A stretch of 60,945 nt of DNA, from contig JAQVKF010000001.1 in NCBI GenBank assembly GCA_028694795.1, positions 1 to 60,945 of the forward strand. The letters run 5' to 3'. Each line of letters begins with the position of its first letter. The stretch's first letter is position 1. Under the pieces are notes generated by a model. That model saw only the letters and a list, made by a program, of their open reading frames with translations, did no database searches and had not been told where the DNA came from. Below are positions 1 through 9,000 of this stretch, one piece after another. Source of the DNA: Thermoguttaceae bacterium. Lineage in GTDB: Bacteria; Planctomycetota; Planctomycetia; Pirellulales; Thermoguttaceae. The position numbers were made by a program, and so were the translations under genes.

Positions 1-155
1 GAAACTTTTTGCAAAAAGTTTCCCCTCAAACTACTCTTCCAAAACATTTTACTAGACGCACAAACTTCAATATTAACCGATATAAATCACCCCGGTTGCA
101 ATTATTTCATTCTTGGCCATCGGTTTTTACTATGTGATTATATGTGAACACGCCC
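1..155 (+). mobile_element. MITE-like element, copy A (right arm only, cut by the window edge)
   Basis: Aligns by eye at roughly 80% identity to 9121-9275 and to the reverse complement of 3286-3440. It begins inside the central palindrome GAAACTTTTTGCAAAAAGTTTC and ends with the terminal repeat TATATGTGAACACGCCC followed by TA. Confidence 0.75.
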
Positions 156-353
156 TAAAAGACGCTCTTGTGATCGTTTGAATAGAATAGGTTCGGTGGC
201 GTTAGGGGCAAATATACTCTCCATTTCGATTGAAAAAGGTGACGGAAGAGAACCGCGTCAAAAGCGATTTTTAACGAAAATCACACACGGACACACCAAA
301 TCAAATGGAATGGTACGTGTCTGAAACTTTAGTTTGTTATCTCCATAGGTACT

Positions 354-384
354 AAAAAAGACCGCTCTGGAGAACGGTCTTTTT
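354..384 (-). terminator. Candidate intrinsic terminator downstream of rho (hairpin flanked by A-run and T-run, so potentially bidirectional)
   Basis: AGACCG (359-364) pairs with CGGTCT (375-380) around a 10-nt loop. It is flanked by AAAAA (354-358) and TTTT (381-384). On the minus strand the hairpin is followed by a T-run, about 160 nt after the rho stop codon. Confidence 0.45.
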
Positions 385-546
385 CATGATTTAGACGCAT
401 CACGCTGGGGACGCCGCACAAACCGCATCTACCAAGAGGCGGAAAACACGGCCAATCGACATTCTGCGACATGGATGAGGAATACGCCCTAACGAGACAC
501 GCCCGTAGGCGTTCATCAGGATAGGGCACTCATCAGCGTCATGATA

Positions 547-2673
547 TCAATCTTCGTGATACTGCCTTGAACTCATGACGAGATCGACAAACTCTTGGTT
601 CGTTTTGAATTTTGCCAATTTCGCGGTCAACGCTTCCATCGCCTCGACATGATGTAGCTGTGACAAGGTCCGCCGCAGGGCCGTCGCCGCGCCGAGAAAA
701 TCTTCTGGAAGCAGCTTTTCCTCACGTCGTGTGCCTGATTGTGAAAGGTCGATCGCTGGCCAAACGCGACGGTCTGACAGCTTGCGATCCAACACCAACT
801 CCATATTACCCGTTCCTTTGAACTCCTGAAAAATTAGTTCGTCCATCCGGCTACCTGTATCGATCAACGCCGTACCAACAATCGTCAGCGAACCGCCTTC
901 TTCAAACGCACGCGCGGTTGCAAATTGCTTCTTCGGAATATCCATCGCCTTGATATCGACACCGCCGCTCATCGTACGACCGGTATTGCCTACCCATTTG
1001 TTGAACGCGCGTGCTAAACGTGTGATCGAATCAAGCAGTAAAAAGACATCGTGCCCCATCTCTGCCAAACGCTTACATCGCTCGATAATCAGTTGCGACA
1101 ATCGAACATGGCTTTCAATTTCGCGATCAAGACTGCTGGCGACGACCTCACCAGGCACCGCTCGCATCATGTCGGTCACTTCTTCCGGTCGCTCATCAAT
1201 GAGCAACATAAACAGCTTCATATCGGGGAAATTGTGCCCAATCGCTTGGCTGATCTGTCGCAGTAGAACCGTTTTACCCGTTCGCGGCGGTGCGACAATC
1301 AACGAACGCTGACCTTTGCCAAGCGGCGCGAGAAGGTCGATCACTCGCGTTGAGATCGGACCGTCCGGCATCTCCAACTGCAACCATTGTTCCGGCGTAA
1401 TCGGCGTAAGTTGGTCAAATGTCTTCACGTTCAGGAAATCTTCCGGTGGAATGCCATCGACAGAAGTCAATTCCCGCAAACGCGGTCCCTGACCACGACG
1501 ACCAGGCTGAACCATACCCTCCAACTGGACCCCTTCACGCAGACCAAATCGATCAATCATATTGCCGGGAACGAACGGATCGGTCAATTGGCGAACATAA
1601 TTCGCCTTCGGATCACGCATGAACCCATAACCGCTCGGATGCAATTCCAGAACGCCGTTGCCCTCTCGCAACTGCGTCGGATCTTCGACAAGCGTTGGGT
1701 CGTAACCACGCGGCTCAATTGGACGACTGCCTCGCATTCCTCCCTCGCGGCTGTCTCGACGAGAAGCGTAACCACTTTCGCGGTCATTGTAACTCAGCCC
1801 GCGACCGCGACGATAACCATCCGGACGCGATGGACCGCTACTCCGATTGCGGTTGTATCCGCCACTGTTACCGTAGTTTCCACCGCTATTGTAACTTCGA
1901 TTGTTGCTGTAACCACCACTGTTATTATCGGTATAACCGCGGTTGTAACCATCTTGACGGTCTGGACCGCGTGTTGCCGGACCATTCCGACGACTGCGTC
2001 CATAACGATCCCGATTCACCGTACCGCGATCATTCATTCCACGATCGCCACCTCGGTAATCGCGGTCACGATAGTCCGAATCTCCGCGATCACCACGCAA
2101 CTCTCGATCACCCGGAAGTTCCCGATCATAATCTCGACGATAGTCTTCCATCGCATCGTAATCACTACGGTTATCACGATCGCGATCATCTCGGTTATCC
2201 CGATCCATGGTATACCCACGATCGTAGTCATAGCTCATCGAATCGTCGGCCATCCGTCGATCCGTGGTACGATCCGTCTGGCGGTCTGCGGGAGAATTTC
2301 CTGCTGCAGCGATATCATCCGCGGCGTTACGGCGCGGAAAATCCTCTGCGTCATCGTAACGATTCACATCCATCATATTGGGTTCGCTCGATGAATCGTT
2401 TTCTTCATAACTGTGACTGCGTCGTGGGCTGCGTGCCGTACTACTACGCGGAATGCTGCTGCGGCGACTACGACGAACTCGTGGCTCTTCCGTCGGCGCG
2501 TAATTGTCTGCCGCTGGCGCGGTTTCGGAGTCGTCACTATATCGATCATGAATGGACGAATGGCTGTCTTCCGCGGTAAATTGATCCTCGGATGTTTTAC
2601 GAGAACGACCAGAATTCAGAAATGCGTCGTCTTCAGGAGTGTCGTCAGGAATGTTGGGTACGTCTGTGTCCAT
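547..2673 (-). CDS. rho: Transcription termination factor Rho with a ~330-aa low-complexity N-terminal extension
   Basis: The C-terminal ~375 aa read as canonical Rho: an OB/CSD-like RNA-binding segment (GVLELHPSGYGFMR...DPFVPGNMIDRFGLREGV), Walker A (APPRTGKTVLL), and the ...LLLDSITRLARAFN... and ...GGSLTIVGTALIDTGSRMDE... motifs. The N-terminal ~330 aa are rich in R/D/N/G/Y/S. Confidence 0.95.
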   Translation of the reverse strand: MDTDVPNIPDDTPEDDAFLNSGRSRKTSEDQFTAEDSHSSIHDRYSDDSETAPAADNYAPTEEPRVRRSRRSSIPRSSTARSPRRSHSYEENDSSSEPNMMDVNRYDDAEDFPRRNAADDIAAAGNSPADRQTDRTTDRRMADDSMSYDYDRGYTMDRDNRDDRDRDNRSDYDAMEDYRRDYDRELPGDRELRGDRGDSDYRDRDYRGGDRGMNDRGTVNRDRYGRSRRNGPATRGPDRQDGYNRGYTDNNSGGYSNNRSYNSGGNYGNSGGYNRNRSSGPSRPDGYRRGRGLSYNDRESGYASRRDSREGGMRGSRPIEPRGYDPTLVEDPTQLREGNGVLELHPSGYGFMRDPKANYVRQLTDPFVPGNMIDRFGLREGVQLEGMVQPGRRGQGPRLRELTSVDGIPPEDFLNVKTFDQLTPITPEQWLQLEMPDGPISTRVIDLLAPLGKGQRSLIVAPPRTGKTVLLRQISQAIGHNFPDMKLFMLLIDERPEEVTDMMRAVPGEVVASSLDREIESHVRLSQLIIERCKRLAEMGHDVFLLLDSITRLARAFNKWVGNTGRTMSGGVDIKAMDIPKKQFATARAFEEGGSLTIVGTALIDTGSRMDELIFQEFKGTGNMELVLDRKLSDRRVWPAIDLSQSGTRREEKLLPEDFLGAATALRRTLSQLHHVEAMEALTAKLAKFKTNQEFVDLVMSSRQYHED

Positions 2674-3051
2674 ATTTCTCTCTGTTACTGTTACTAAGAT
2701 CCAATATGATTCATTGGTGGAATTTCTTTTACACTCGTTCCAATGGAATCAGGATGAATATTCACGATTCTGATTGCAAACGGTTTTCGTCAAACTCAAA
2801 TCCATCACAACTTCAACTGGAGTGCGTATACCACGGTAATTACTAACCGCCAAAAAACAAACCATTGGAAGGCTGCTATCGTAAAATGAGCCACATCGTA
2901 AAACAAACCATTGTCAAAAGAGCCATCATCTATTGAAACCACGATGACCTGGAGGAATGGCGATACGACCTGAAAATCTTTGCGAACTAAGAAATCTCCG
3001 GTCAGAAAACAGTTTCCGGAGCGTCCGATAGGAACTCGCATCATTTTCTAT

Positions 3052-3079
3052 GATTCTAACTACTTGACGAAAACTGTCA
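3052..3079 (-). promoter_or_regulatory. Candidate sigma70-like promoter for rho
   Basis: On the minus strand: TTGACA (complement of 3074-3079), a 16-nt spacer, then TAGAAT (complement of 3052-3057). The -35 box lies in the palindrome CTTGAC-N7-GTCAAG. This would give a ~370-nt leader before the rho ATG at 2673. Promoter consensus for this lineage is not known to me. Confidence 0.3.
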
Positions 3080-3236
3080 AGGGTGCCTGATAGAAACTTT
3101 TTACCCGACACCGGTGTTGCCGACGATGCGGCCACTCCGTTCCCGGCATTCGTCGGTTTATAAGATTTTACCTGATACTGGTGCCGCCGATTCACACGGC
3201 ACACCTGTGGGCCGCCTCCGCCTTAACTCTTTTTAT

Positions 3237-3275
3237 CTCCCTCCCGGCTTGCTACACAAGCGGTCGGGTTGGAGT
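3237..3275 (+). repeat. REP-like hairpin repeat, copy 1
   Basis: CTCCCTCCCGGCTTGCTACACAAGCGGTCGGGTTGGAG. The stem GCTTG/CAAGC is conserved, with different loops, in the copies at 10646, 20597 (reverse complement) and 20688 (reverse complement). It directly abuts MITE copy B. Confidence 0.6.
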
Positions 3276-3285
3276 AGAACATTTA

Positions 3286-3574
3286 GGGCGTGTTCACATA
3301 TAATCGCATGGTAAAAACCGATAGTCAAGAATGAAATGACCGCAATCGGAGTGGTTTATGCCGGTGATATTGAAGTTTGTGCGTCTAGTAAAATGTTTTG
3401 GAAAGGGGGTCTGAGGGGAAACTCTTTGCAAAAAGTTTCCTCTCATGGGTTCTTTGCCCCAAAAAAGTTTTACGAAAAAAACATTTTCGCGGAAAATGCG
3501 CAAGCTTTTTACCTGACGCAGGCACAGCCTAGCCGGTCGCTCCGATTGGGGTGGCAACTTGTGTGAACACGTCC
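3286..3574 (-). mobile_element. MITE-like element, copy B (complete, inverted relative to A and C)
   Basis: 289 bp. The terminal inverted repeats are GGGCGTGTTCACATA at the left end and TGTGTGAACACGTCC at the right end, each flanked by TA (3284-3285 and 3575-3576). It has the central palindrome GGAAACTCTTTGCAAAAAGTTTCC and no credible ORF. Its reverse complement aligns along its length with copy C. Confidence 0.8.
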
Positions 3575-3620
3575 TAGTAAAAAATATAATAACCGCGATG
3601 CGTGGCCATCGCGTTGCCGA

Positions 3621-5582
3621 TCAACGTCGTCCTTTGGAACTGACTTCGTTCGACGAACGTTCCGTACGGGACGGAGTGGGCGTGTCATTCTCCAACGGTT
3701 GGCCGTAATGCGACTCCTCAAACGCTCGGCGTAATGCATCGTTCTGCTGGAGATATTCCATATATTCCTGCTGTTGTTTTTCCGTCAACCGTGGACGTGC
3801 AACATTCAGGTCGGATGAGGAACGCCGTGTTACCGAAAGGGATGGACCGACACCATTCGTTCGGTCGTGTGATTCTTCCGTAGAACGACTTAGACGCACC
3901 GTTTTTCCCATGGATGTCTCCGATGGAATCTGCGTTTCAGTCGTCGAATTTACATCGGCTGACCGTTGCCGATCCGACTCGTTGGACGTAGCGAGCGAGG
4001 CTGGGTGCGATTCGAACATGCGATTTGCGTCGGAGACCGTTGGATGCTCGGTTGCTTGTTGTACTTCTTGCAATCGCTGAATCGTCACCCCTTTAGAGAT
4101 CGGTTCGTCGCTCAACATCTGATCCGCACCAAGCTGTTGACGCAGCTCCATCCGCATGTAACGACGCTCTCGCCGCGTTGGTTCCGGAATCGTATGCAAA
4201 CCCCAATTCAACGATTCGTCTTGACGATATGTTTTGTGGAGCGTCATCGCCGTGTGCGCCTTGGCAAGCTCATAACCCAGGTAAAACGAATAATCAGGAT
4301 CAACCGCTCGTTTGCCCTGGATACGCAACAGTTCAAACAGAATATATGGATCTTTTGCTTCGACGTGAAAATCTTCCGCGACCGCGTGCAATTTACCATC
4401 TGCGACGTAAATACGGTAGTTCGGATCCTTGAGCCGTTTGGCAAAATCTTCAATCTGCGCGACCGTCGATTCATACAAAATCGGATCGTGGAGTGATGAG
4501 AGTTCCGGTTCAATCCGATGCGGTAGCACACGTCGCCAAAGTGCGTAGTGGAACATTCTGCGCGCGTGATCGCATTCCGAAAGCGCGGTACACATTCGAT
4601 TCGAGAGCGGCGAAAGCATTGCTGACCAAATCCGCTGCTCCTCGCAAAAACCCAACAGTAAAATCAACATACCGAGCGGATCACCGTCCAAACGCTCGAC
4701 CAACGTCCCCATATTCATCAACAATTCGATATTCGGATGTCGCCATCGCAACGCAAGAAAACGACCTAAACTGTCACCGAATCCGAAACTGATCGGACGC
4801 AAACCGGGATCGACCATGTAATTCACGTCCAACGCGTCCAATTCCGATATTGCTGCATCCAACGATTCGAGTGATTGGGAAACTTCCGACGAAAGCACGA
4901 GCGTCGCATCGGTCCCTTTCAAACGATTCCACTCCCCGGAGGTACGAATACCAAAGACATACTCCGCGCCATGTGCGATCGCCTGGTCCACGTCCGCCTG
5001 ATTCGGACTATCGATAGCCACTTTGAAGCCCGTCTCCTTCAAAATTCGACACACTTCCGGCAAACGCTCCCACGGTTGCGCCGACTCGACATCTAAAACG
5101 ACCACATCAGCCCGATCAAAATCGTACTGCTGGACAATCTCCGCGATTTCTCGAACCGTGTATTGCGTCGCGTTCGGAAGCCTCGCAAACAGTTTGACCG
5201 AATACGCTCCATACTCTCCCGCAGGTGGACGACGTGAACAGGTCGTTTCGTTGGTAGAACAGGAAATACCAAAAAAATCGGGCAATTCGCGGAAATCTTT
5301 CGGACCACGGATGACCGGAATCCCCAACGCCTCTTCCAGGTCGTGCAACTCGCCACGGCACCAACCTGGCACGCAAATCTGCGTCCACTCACCCTGTGGA
5401 CATACCGGAAGCGGATGTTTCCGAAAATAGTTGATCAACCATTTCGACGACAATAACGCCGCAATCGTCACAGGAACGGAAAGCACCCCCGCCACGAAGC
5501 GCTCACGTTGCATCATCAATCTTACCACTTGACGCAATTCCGTTTCCGCCAGCTGGCCCGTAATAAACAATATGCGGCGCAT
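3621..5582 (-). CDS. Dihydropteroate-synthase-like (pterin-binding) protein with an N-terminal DUF6513-like domain and a ~170-aa disordered C-terminal tail
   Basis: The N-terminus (MRRILFITGQLAE...IPVIRGPKDFRELPDFFG) resembles the domain fused to DHPS-like proteins of methanopterin-type pathways. The middle segment (...VAIDSPNQADVDQAIAHGAEYVF...YMVDPGLRPISFGFGDSL...LMNMGTL...) looks like a pterin-binding TIM barrel. This is family-level recognition by eye only. Confidence 0.55.
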   Translation of the reverse strand: MRRILFITGQLAETELRQVVRLMMQRERFVAGVLSVPVTIAALLSSKWLINYFRKHPLPVCPQGEWTQICVPGWCRGELHDLEEALGIPVIRGPKDFRELPDFFGISCSTNETTCSRRPPAGEYGAYSVKLFARLPNATQYTVREIAEIVQQYDFDRADVVVLDVESAQPWERLPEVCRILKETGFKVAIDSPNQADVDQAIAHGAEYVFGIRTSGEWNRLKGTDATLVLSSEVSQSLESLDAAISELDALDVNYMVDPGLRPISFGFGDSLGRFLALRWRHPNIELLMNMGTLVERLDGDPLGMLILLLGFCEEQRIWSAMLSPLSNRMCTALSECDHARRMFHYALWRRVLPHRIEPELSSLHDPILYESTVAQIEDFAKRLKDPNYRIYVADGKLHAVAEDFHVEAKDPYILFELLRIQGKRAVDPDYSFYLGYELAKAHTAMTLHKTYRQDESLNWGLHTIPEPTRRERRYMRMELRQQLGADQMLSDEPISKGVTIQRLQEVQQATEHPTVSDANRMFESHPASLATSNESDRQRSADVNSTTETQIPSETSMGKTVRLSRSTEESHDRTNGVGPSLSVTRRSSSDLNVARPRLTEKQQQEYMEYLQQNDALRRAFEESHYGQPLENDTPTPSRTERSSNEVSSKGRR

Positions 5583-5884
5583 GAATCTTTCCTCTACGTT
5601 TGAGTATGGCTTGGTGATAGACCCATCAGGCTCAAAAACAATTCCCGCGGACTACCCATTTTACACGAACGGGTCTTATTTTTACATACACACCCATTTT
5701 CCCCAATGTCGTCTATTTTCATAGCCCCATTGTTTCACGGACGCCCATCTGTTTCATCGGTTTCCGATGAAATCCATCCCCCGCTTGTATCACCCAAGCC
5801 AAAACAGGACGATCTCACTCCAATATTAGAAAAACAACCTCTTCGGGGCGATCCCCCATGTGAGGGGTTTTCTCGTTTACGGGG

Positions 5885-5904
5885 AAAAAAGTGGTGAAAA
5901 CCAC
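5885..5904 (-). terminator. Candidate intrinsic terminator after the SDR gene
   Basis: On the minus strand: GTGGT-TTTC-ACCAC followed by TTTTTT, 14 nt after the stop codon at 5918. The stem is only 5 bp. A T-run also follows on the + strand. Confidence 0.35.
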
Positions 5905-5917
5905 CCGTTTTTTCGAT

Positions 5918-6928
5918 TCAATCCTTCCGATTTTCACCAAAAAATTCAGGTCGACTGGTAAACCCACCATCCACAGGGAGGATACAACCGGTCAGAAATG
6001 CGGCGTCAGGGGAGATGAGGAACGCGGCGGTTGTCGCAATATTCTCCGGAGTACCCCAGCGGCGTAGTGCGGTTTCGTTCAGCACCTGTCGCTGCCAAAC
6101 GGGGGAAGCCTGTTGGCCCCACGCCGTGCGAATCCAACCCGGAGCGATCACATTCACACGAACTTCCGGGGCGAGTGACAGGGCGAGCGAACGTCCGAAG
6201 CCGTGGATCGCTCCTTTCACTGCTCCAAAAAGTTCACCTCCCTCCCCGGCTAATCCTCGTTCCACGCCGCTCCAACCGATTAGCACGATAGAAGAAATCA
6301 ATGGTTGTATGCCTGTGACCGCTACTGACGGGGGGCCGTTTCTATCCGCGAAGTCGGTCGTGATTTCGTCGATGGCGTTAGTTTTGTCCATGGCCATTTC
6401 CGCTCCTGATTCCGTTTCCGATTCCGCGAGCGTGACCGATTCGATGGAACGGATTGCCGCCGTTCGCATACGTTGACCGAACCATCGAACCATATGGGTC
6501 GTCGCTCGCAGATCGACCGTGATGAGTGATTCGAGCCGCTGTTCGAAAGTCCATTGAGCCGCACCGTTGGTTAAAATATCACCTCCGGCACACGCTATGA
6601 CCGATTGAACGCCTCCCGTTTCCAGCCATACCTGAGCGCAAAAAACGTCAAGATGATTCTCGTTTTCTCGTGAAATGGAAAAATCGACCTGATGTGTCCA
6701 GATTTTTTGCGACGTCACTGGACAGTGATGGGTTTGGCACCACGCACGATTGTTTTCGATCATACGGGCGACTTTTTGCCGCACCGCATCCAGTGCGGAT
6801 GTGTGGTGACCAGTGTGCAGCACGAGCGACGCGCCGCGGCGGGCAAGCTCAAGAGCCACTGCCGAACCGATACCGCCGCCCGCTCCTGTCACCAAAACCG
6901 TCTGATCGGCCAGTGGAAAAAGATTCAT
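5918..6928 (-). CDS. Short-chain dehydrogenase/reductase (SDR) family protein, atypical
   Basis: Rossmann motif VLVTGAGGGIGSAVALELARRGA near the N-terminus and ...RVNVIAPGWIRT... near the C-terminus. It has a ~50-aa acidic insertion, and FGAVK sits where classical SDRs have YxxxK. Confidence 0.8.
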   Translation of the reverse strand: MNLFPLADQTVLVTGAGGGIGSAVALELARRGASLVLHTGHHTSALDAVRQKVARMIENNRAWCQTHHCPVTSQKIWTHQVDFSISRENENHLDVFCAQVWLETGGVQSVIACAGGDILTNGAAQWTFEQRLESLITVDLRATTHMVRWFGQRMRTAAIRSIESVTLAESETESGAEMAMDKTNAIDEITTDFADRNGPPSVAVTGIQPLISSIVLIGWSGVERGLAGEGGELFGAVKGAIHGFGRSLALSLAPEVRVNVIAPGWIRTAWGQQASPVWQRQVLNETALRRWGTPENIATTAAFLISPDAAFLTGCILPVDGGFTSRPEFFGENRKD

Positions 6929-6945
6929 TGTTTTTCCTTTTCTTC

Positions 6946-8682
6946 TTACTCTTCTGAGTGTGTGTGGGCTTTTGCTTGTTCTGTATCGCGGTCGCTCTCT
7001 GTATCGAGAGGGACGGAATTTTCCGTGTCCGACGAATTCTGAGATGGTATGGGTTGCGAGACGGCGTACAAATGGTGCATGGTGGAGACGAATAGCGTCT
7101 CATTGGCAACCGTTGGTGTGCCGTACACGGGGTCCAGCTTCATTTCCGCGAGCGGTTCGAGCGTTCGACCGTGGCGAAAAGTACGGAATTCACCATTCAT
7201 CGCACCGGCGTACACTTTGCCGTCAGCGACCAGCGAGGATGACCACAATCCGTTACGGAATCGATATTTCCACAATTCTTCACCGGTTAGAGCATCGAGG
7301 CAAAACAGATTACGGCCCTCATCGGTTATGTAAAGCAGACCGTCGGCGATCGCGGGAGTGGACATCGAATGTTTTTGGAGGGGGTGTTTCCAAACGATAC
7401 ATTGTTCGTCCAACTTTCCCGTGGCGTTAGTTGGCGGTTCGATACAAAACAGTGTCACCGTCTGTTTTCCCCACCAGACGTCGCCACCACTTCCGAAATA
7501 AACACGATCATCGAGAATCACTGGCATTCCCGTGGTATTCGAAGGCCCCTCACCCCGATTCCCCATATATTCTGAACGTTTTGTCTGTGGCGAGTTGGGA
7601 TCTGGGTTAAATGTCCAAAGTTCCGATAACGTGGCGATTCCATTCGCATCTCGTTCGAGAAATTGATTGGATGGATCGAACGGTTCGAACGCCCGCAAAA
7701 TGCCATCGCCGCCAAAACAGATCACCACGTCGCGGTTGCCAAGCGTACCATAGGCCGGAGCTGACCACGTGCAGTGAACCATATTGGCACTCGCTCTGGA
7801 ACGTTCCGCCGCCACGACTCGTCCGGTCGATTTCTCCAACACGACGAGCGATGGAGCGTCCGGTTCAGGCAAATCGCGGTGGGTATCTCCCACGCCATTC
7901 GAGGTATTGATGTATAAATAATCCCCGAGAATCAATGGTATACCGTGCGCGGCGTCGTGTTGATGGACATGCACACCAGCAGTCGTTTCCAGATTTGTTA
8001 CCCACAGCAGATCGGAATCGAGCGGCCCGAGCGGCACGACCTCCTCGCCCACCGGGGTTCGCAACGCCGCCTCATCGACGAATGGACCATTATTGCCATT
8101 CGATAACCCCGCAAGATCGAGACAAACCACCTCGTCACGGCTCGTGACCGCATACACTCGCCCATTGGGCGATTCCGCGGAATCGTCCGAATGATTGGCG
8201 TTCGCGGTATCTTGGGTTTCCGCGGTCTGATGGGGTGTTTTGGATGTGGATTCGAGTGTTTCGATGACTGGTGGTGAACACCAGCCGACATAGGGACAAT
8301 CTTTCAGCGGTCGGTCGGGAATCTTCGGGGTTATATGTTGCCAAAGAAGTTGGCCCGTTTGTTCGTTAAGGCATAATAGAACACTACGGTCCCCCGTGAT
8401 ACGTGGATCAAGCTGTCGGTCGTTGTTCGTTCCGATGAACACGCGACCAGCGGCGACGATGGCGGTCGAATAGGTACACCCACCCGTTTCGAAAGTCCAA
8501 CGCACATTATGCCCAGTTTGCGGATCGAAATCGACGGGTAGGGTGCCCGCATCCAACACGGCCAGATTCCGCGACCAAGCTTCCCCCCACTGCGGAGATT
8601 CCGTGCGTGGACGGGCAGACTCTGTTTGCGCCCAAAGCGCGGTCGAAAAGAATCCCACAAGACACAACGCAAAGACAGACAT
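6946..8682 (-). CDS. PQQ-like / BamB-like beta-propeller repeat protein, secreted
   Basis: Repeated ...GRV(Y/F)(I/A)G(T/S)...G.L.(C/A)(L/F)(D/N)..TG...W... blades. The ORF is open up to 8838, but the Met at 8682 starts a plausible signal peptide (MSVFALCLVGFFSTALWAQ), so I place the start there. Confidence 0.8.
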   Translation of the reverse strand: MSVFALCLVGFFSTALWAQTESARPRTESPQWGEAWSRNLAVLDAGTLPVDFDPQTGHNVRWTFETGGCTYSTAIVAAGRVFIGTNNDRQLDPRITGDRSVLLCLNEQTGQLLWQHITPKIPDRPLKDCPYVGWCSPPVIETLESTSKTPHQTAETQDTANANHSDDSAESPNGRVYAVTSRDEVVCLDLAGLSNGNNGPFVDEAALRTPVGEEVVPLGPLDSDLLWVTNLETTAGVHVHQHDAAHGIPLILGDYLYINTSNGVGDTHRDLPEPDAPSLVVLEKSTGRVVAAERSRASANMVHCTWSAPAYGTLGNRDVVICFGGDGILRAFEPFDPSNQFLERDANGIATLSELWTFNPDPNSPQTKRSEYMGNRGEGPSNTTGMPVILDDRVYFGSGGDVWWGKQTVTLFCIEPPTNATGKLDEQCIVWKHPLQKHSMSTPAIADGLLYITDEGRNLFCLDALTGEELWKYRFRNGLWSSSLVADGKVYAGAMNGEFRTFRHGRTLEPLAEMKLDPVYGTPTVANETLFVSTMHHLYAVSQPIPSQNSSDTENSVPLDTESDRDTEQAKAHTHSEE

Positions 8683-9000
8683 ATGGGCAGGTATATAGGC
8701 AGATGTATAGGTTGAACGTCCGACGCCGAACTTGCGAACCAATTTTGCGACGAAAAACCACGATCGTACCCCAAAAACTGAGTGGAATGAGTATAAAATC
8801 ACGCTCCTAAGGGGTAACCAAGCCGGATTCCATTGCATTTGAGTACGACTCCCGATTATGATAGGATTATGCGGTCATATAGAACAACGAATAACGTATA
8901 AAATAAATCACACGTGCCATGACGAATCATTAGCCCGATGGAGATGGACATTCGGCATTGAGCCGCCATGGAAAGAATTCATACGAAATTCGTTAAAGTA

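Noticed and set aside
1387-2579. Long + strand ORFs (335 aa and 294 aa) antisense to the 5' third of rho.
   Set aside because: They lie entirely within the low-complexity RD/NGY-coding part of rho. Their translations are monotonous (T/I/V/A-rich or H/R/D/C-rich). The minus-strand frame continues seamlessly into an unmistakable Rho core. Such repeats leave the opposite strand free of stop codons by chance.
5752-5772. A perfect 9-bp hairpin, TTTCATCGG-TTT-CCGATGAAA, between the SDR and DHPS-like genes.
   Set aside because: It is real in the sequence, but it has no T-run on either strand and no second copy in the window. It is too little to call a terminator or riboswitch.
8683-8838. The N-terminal 52-aa extension of the beta-propeller ORF, and the nested 147-aa and 84-aa minus-strand ORFs at 8331-8774.
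   Set aside because: The extension precedes a good signal peptide that starts at Met 8682 and has odd composition. The nested ORFs are alternative frames of the same gene.
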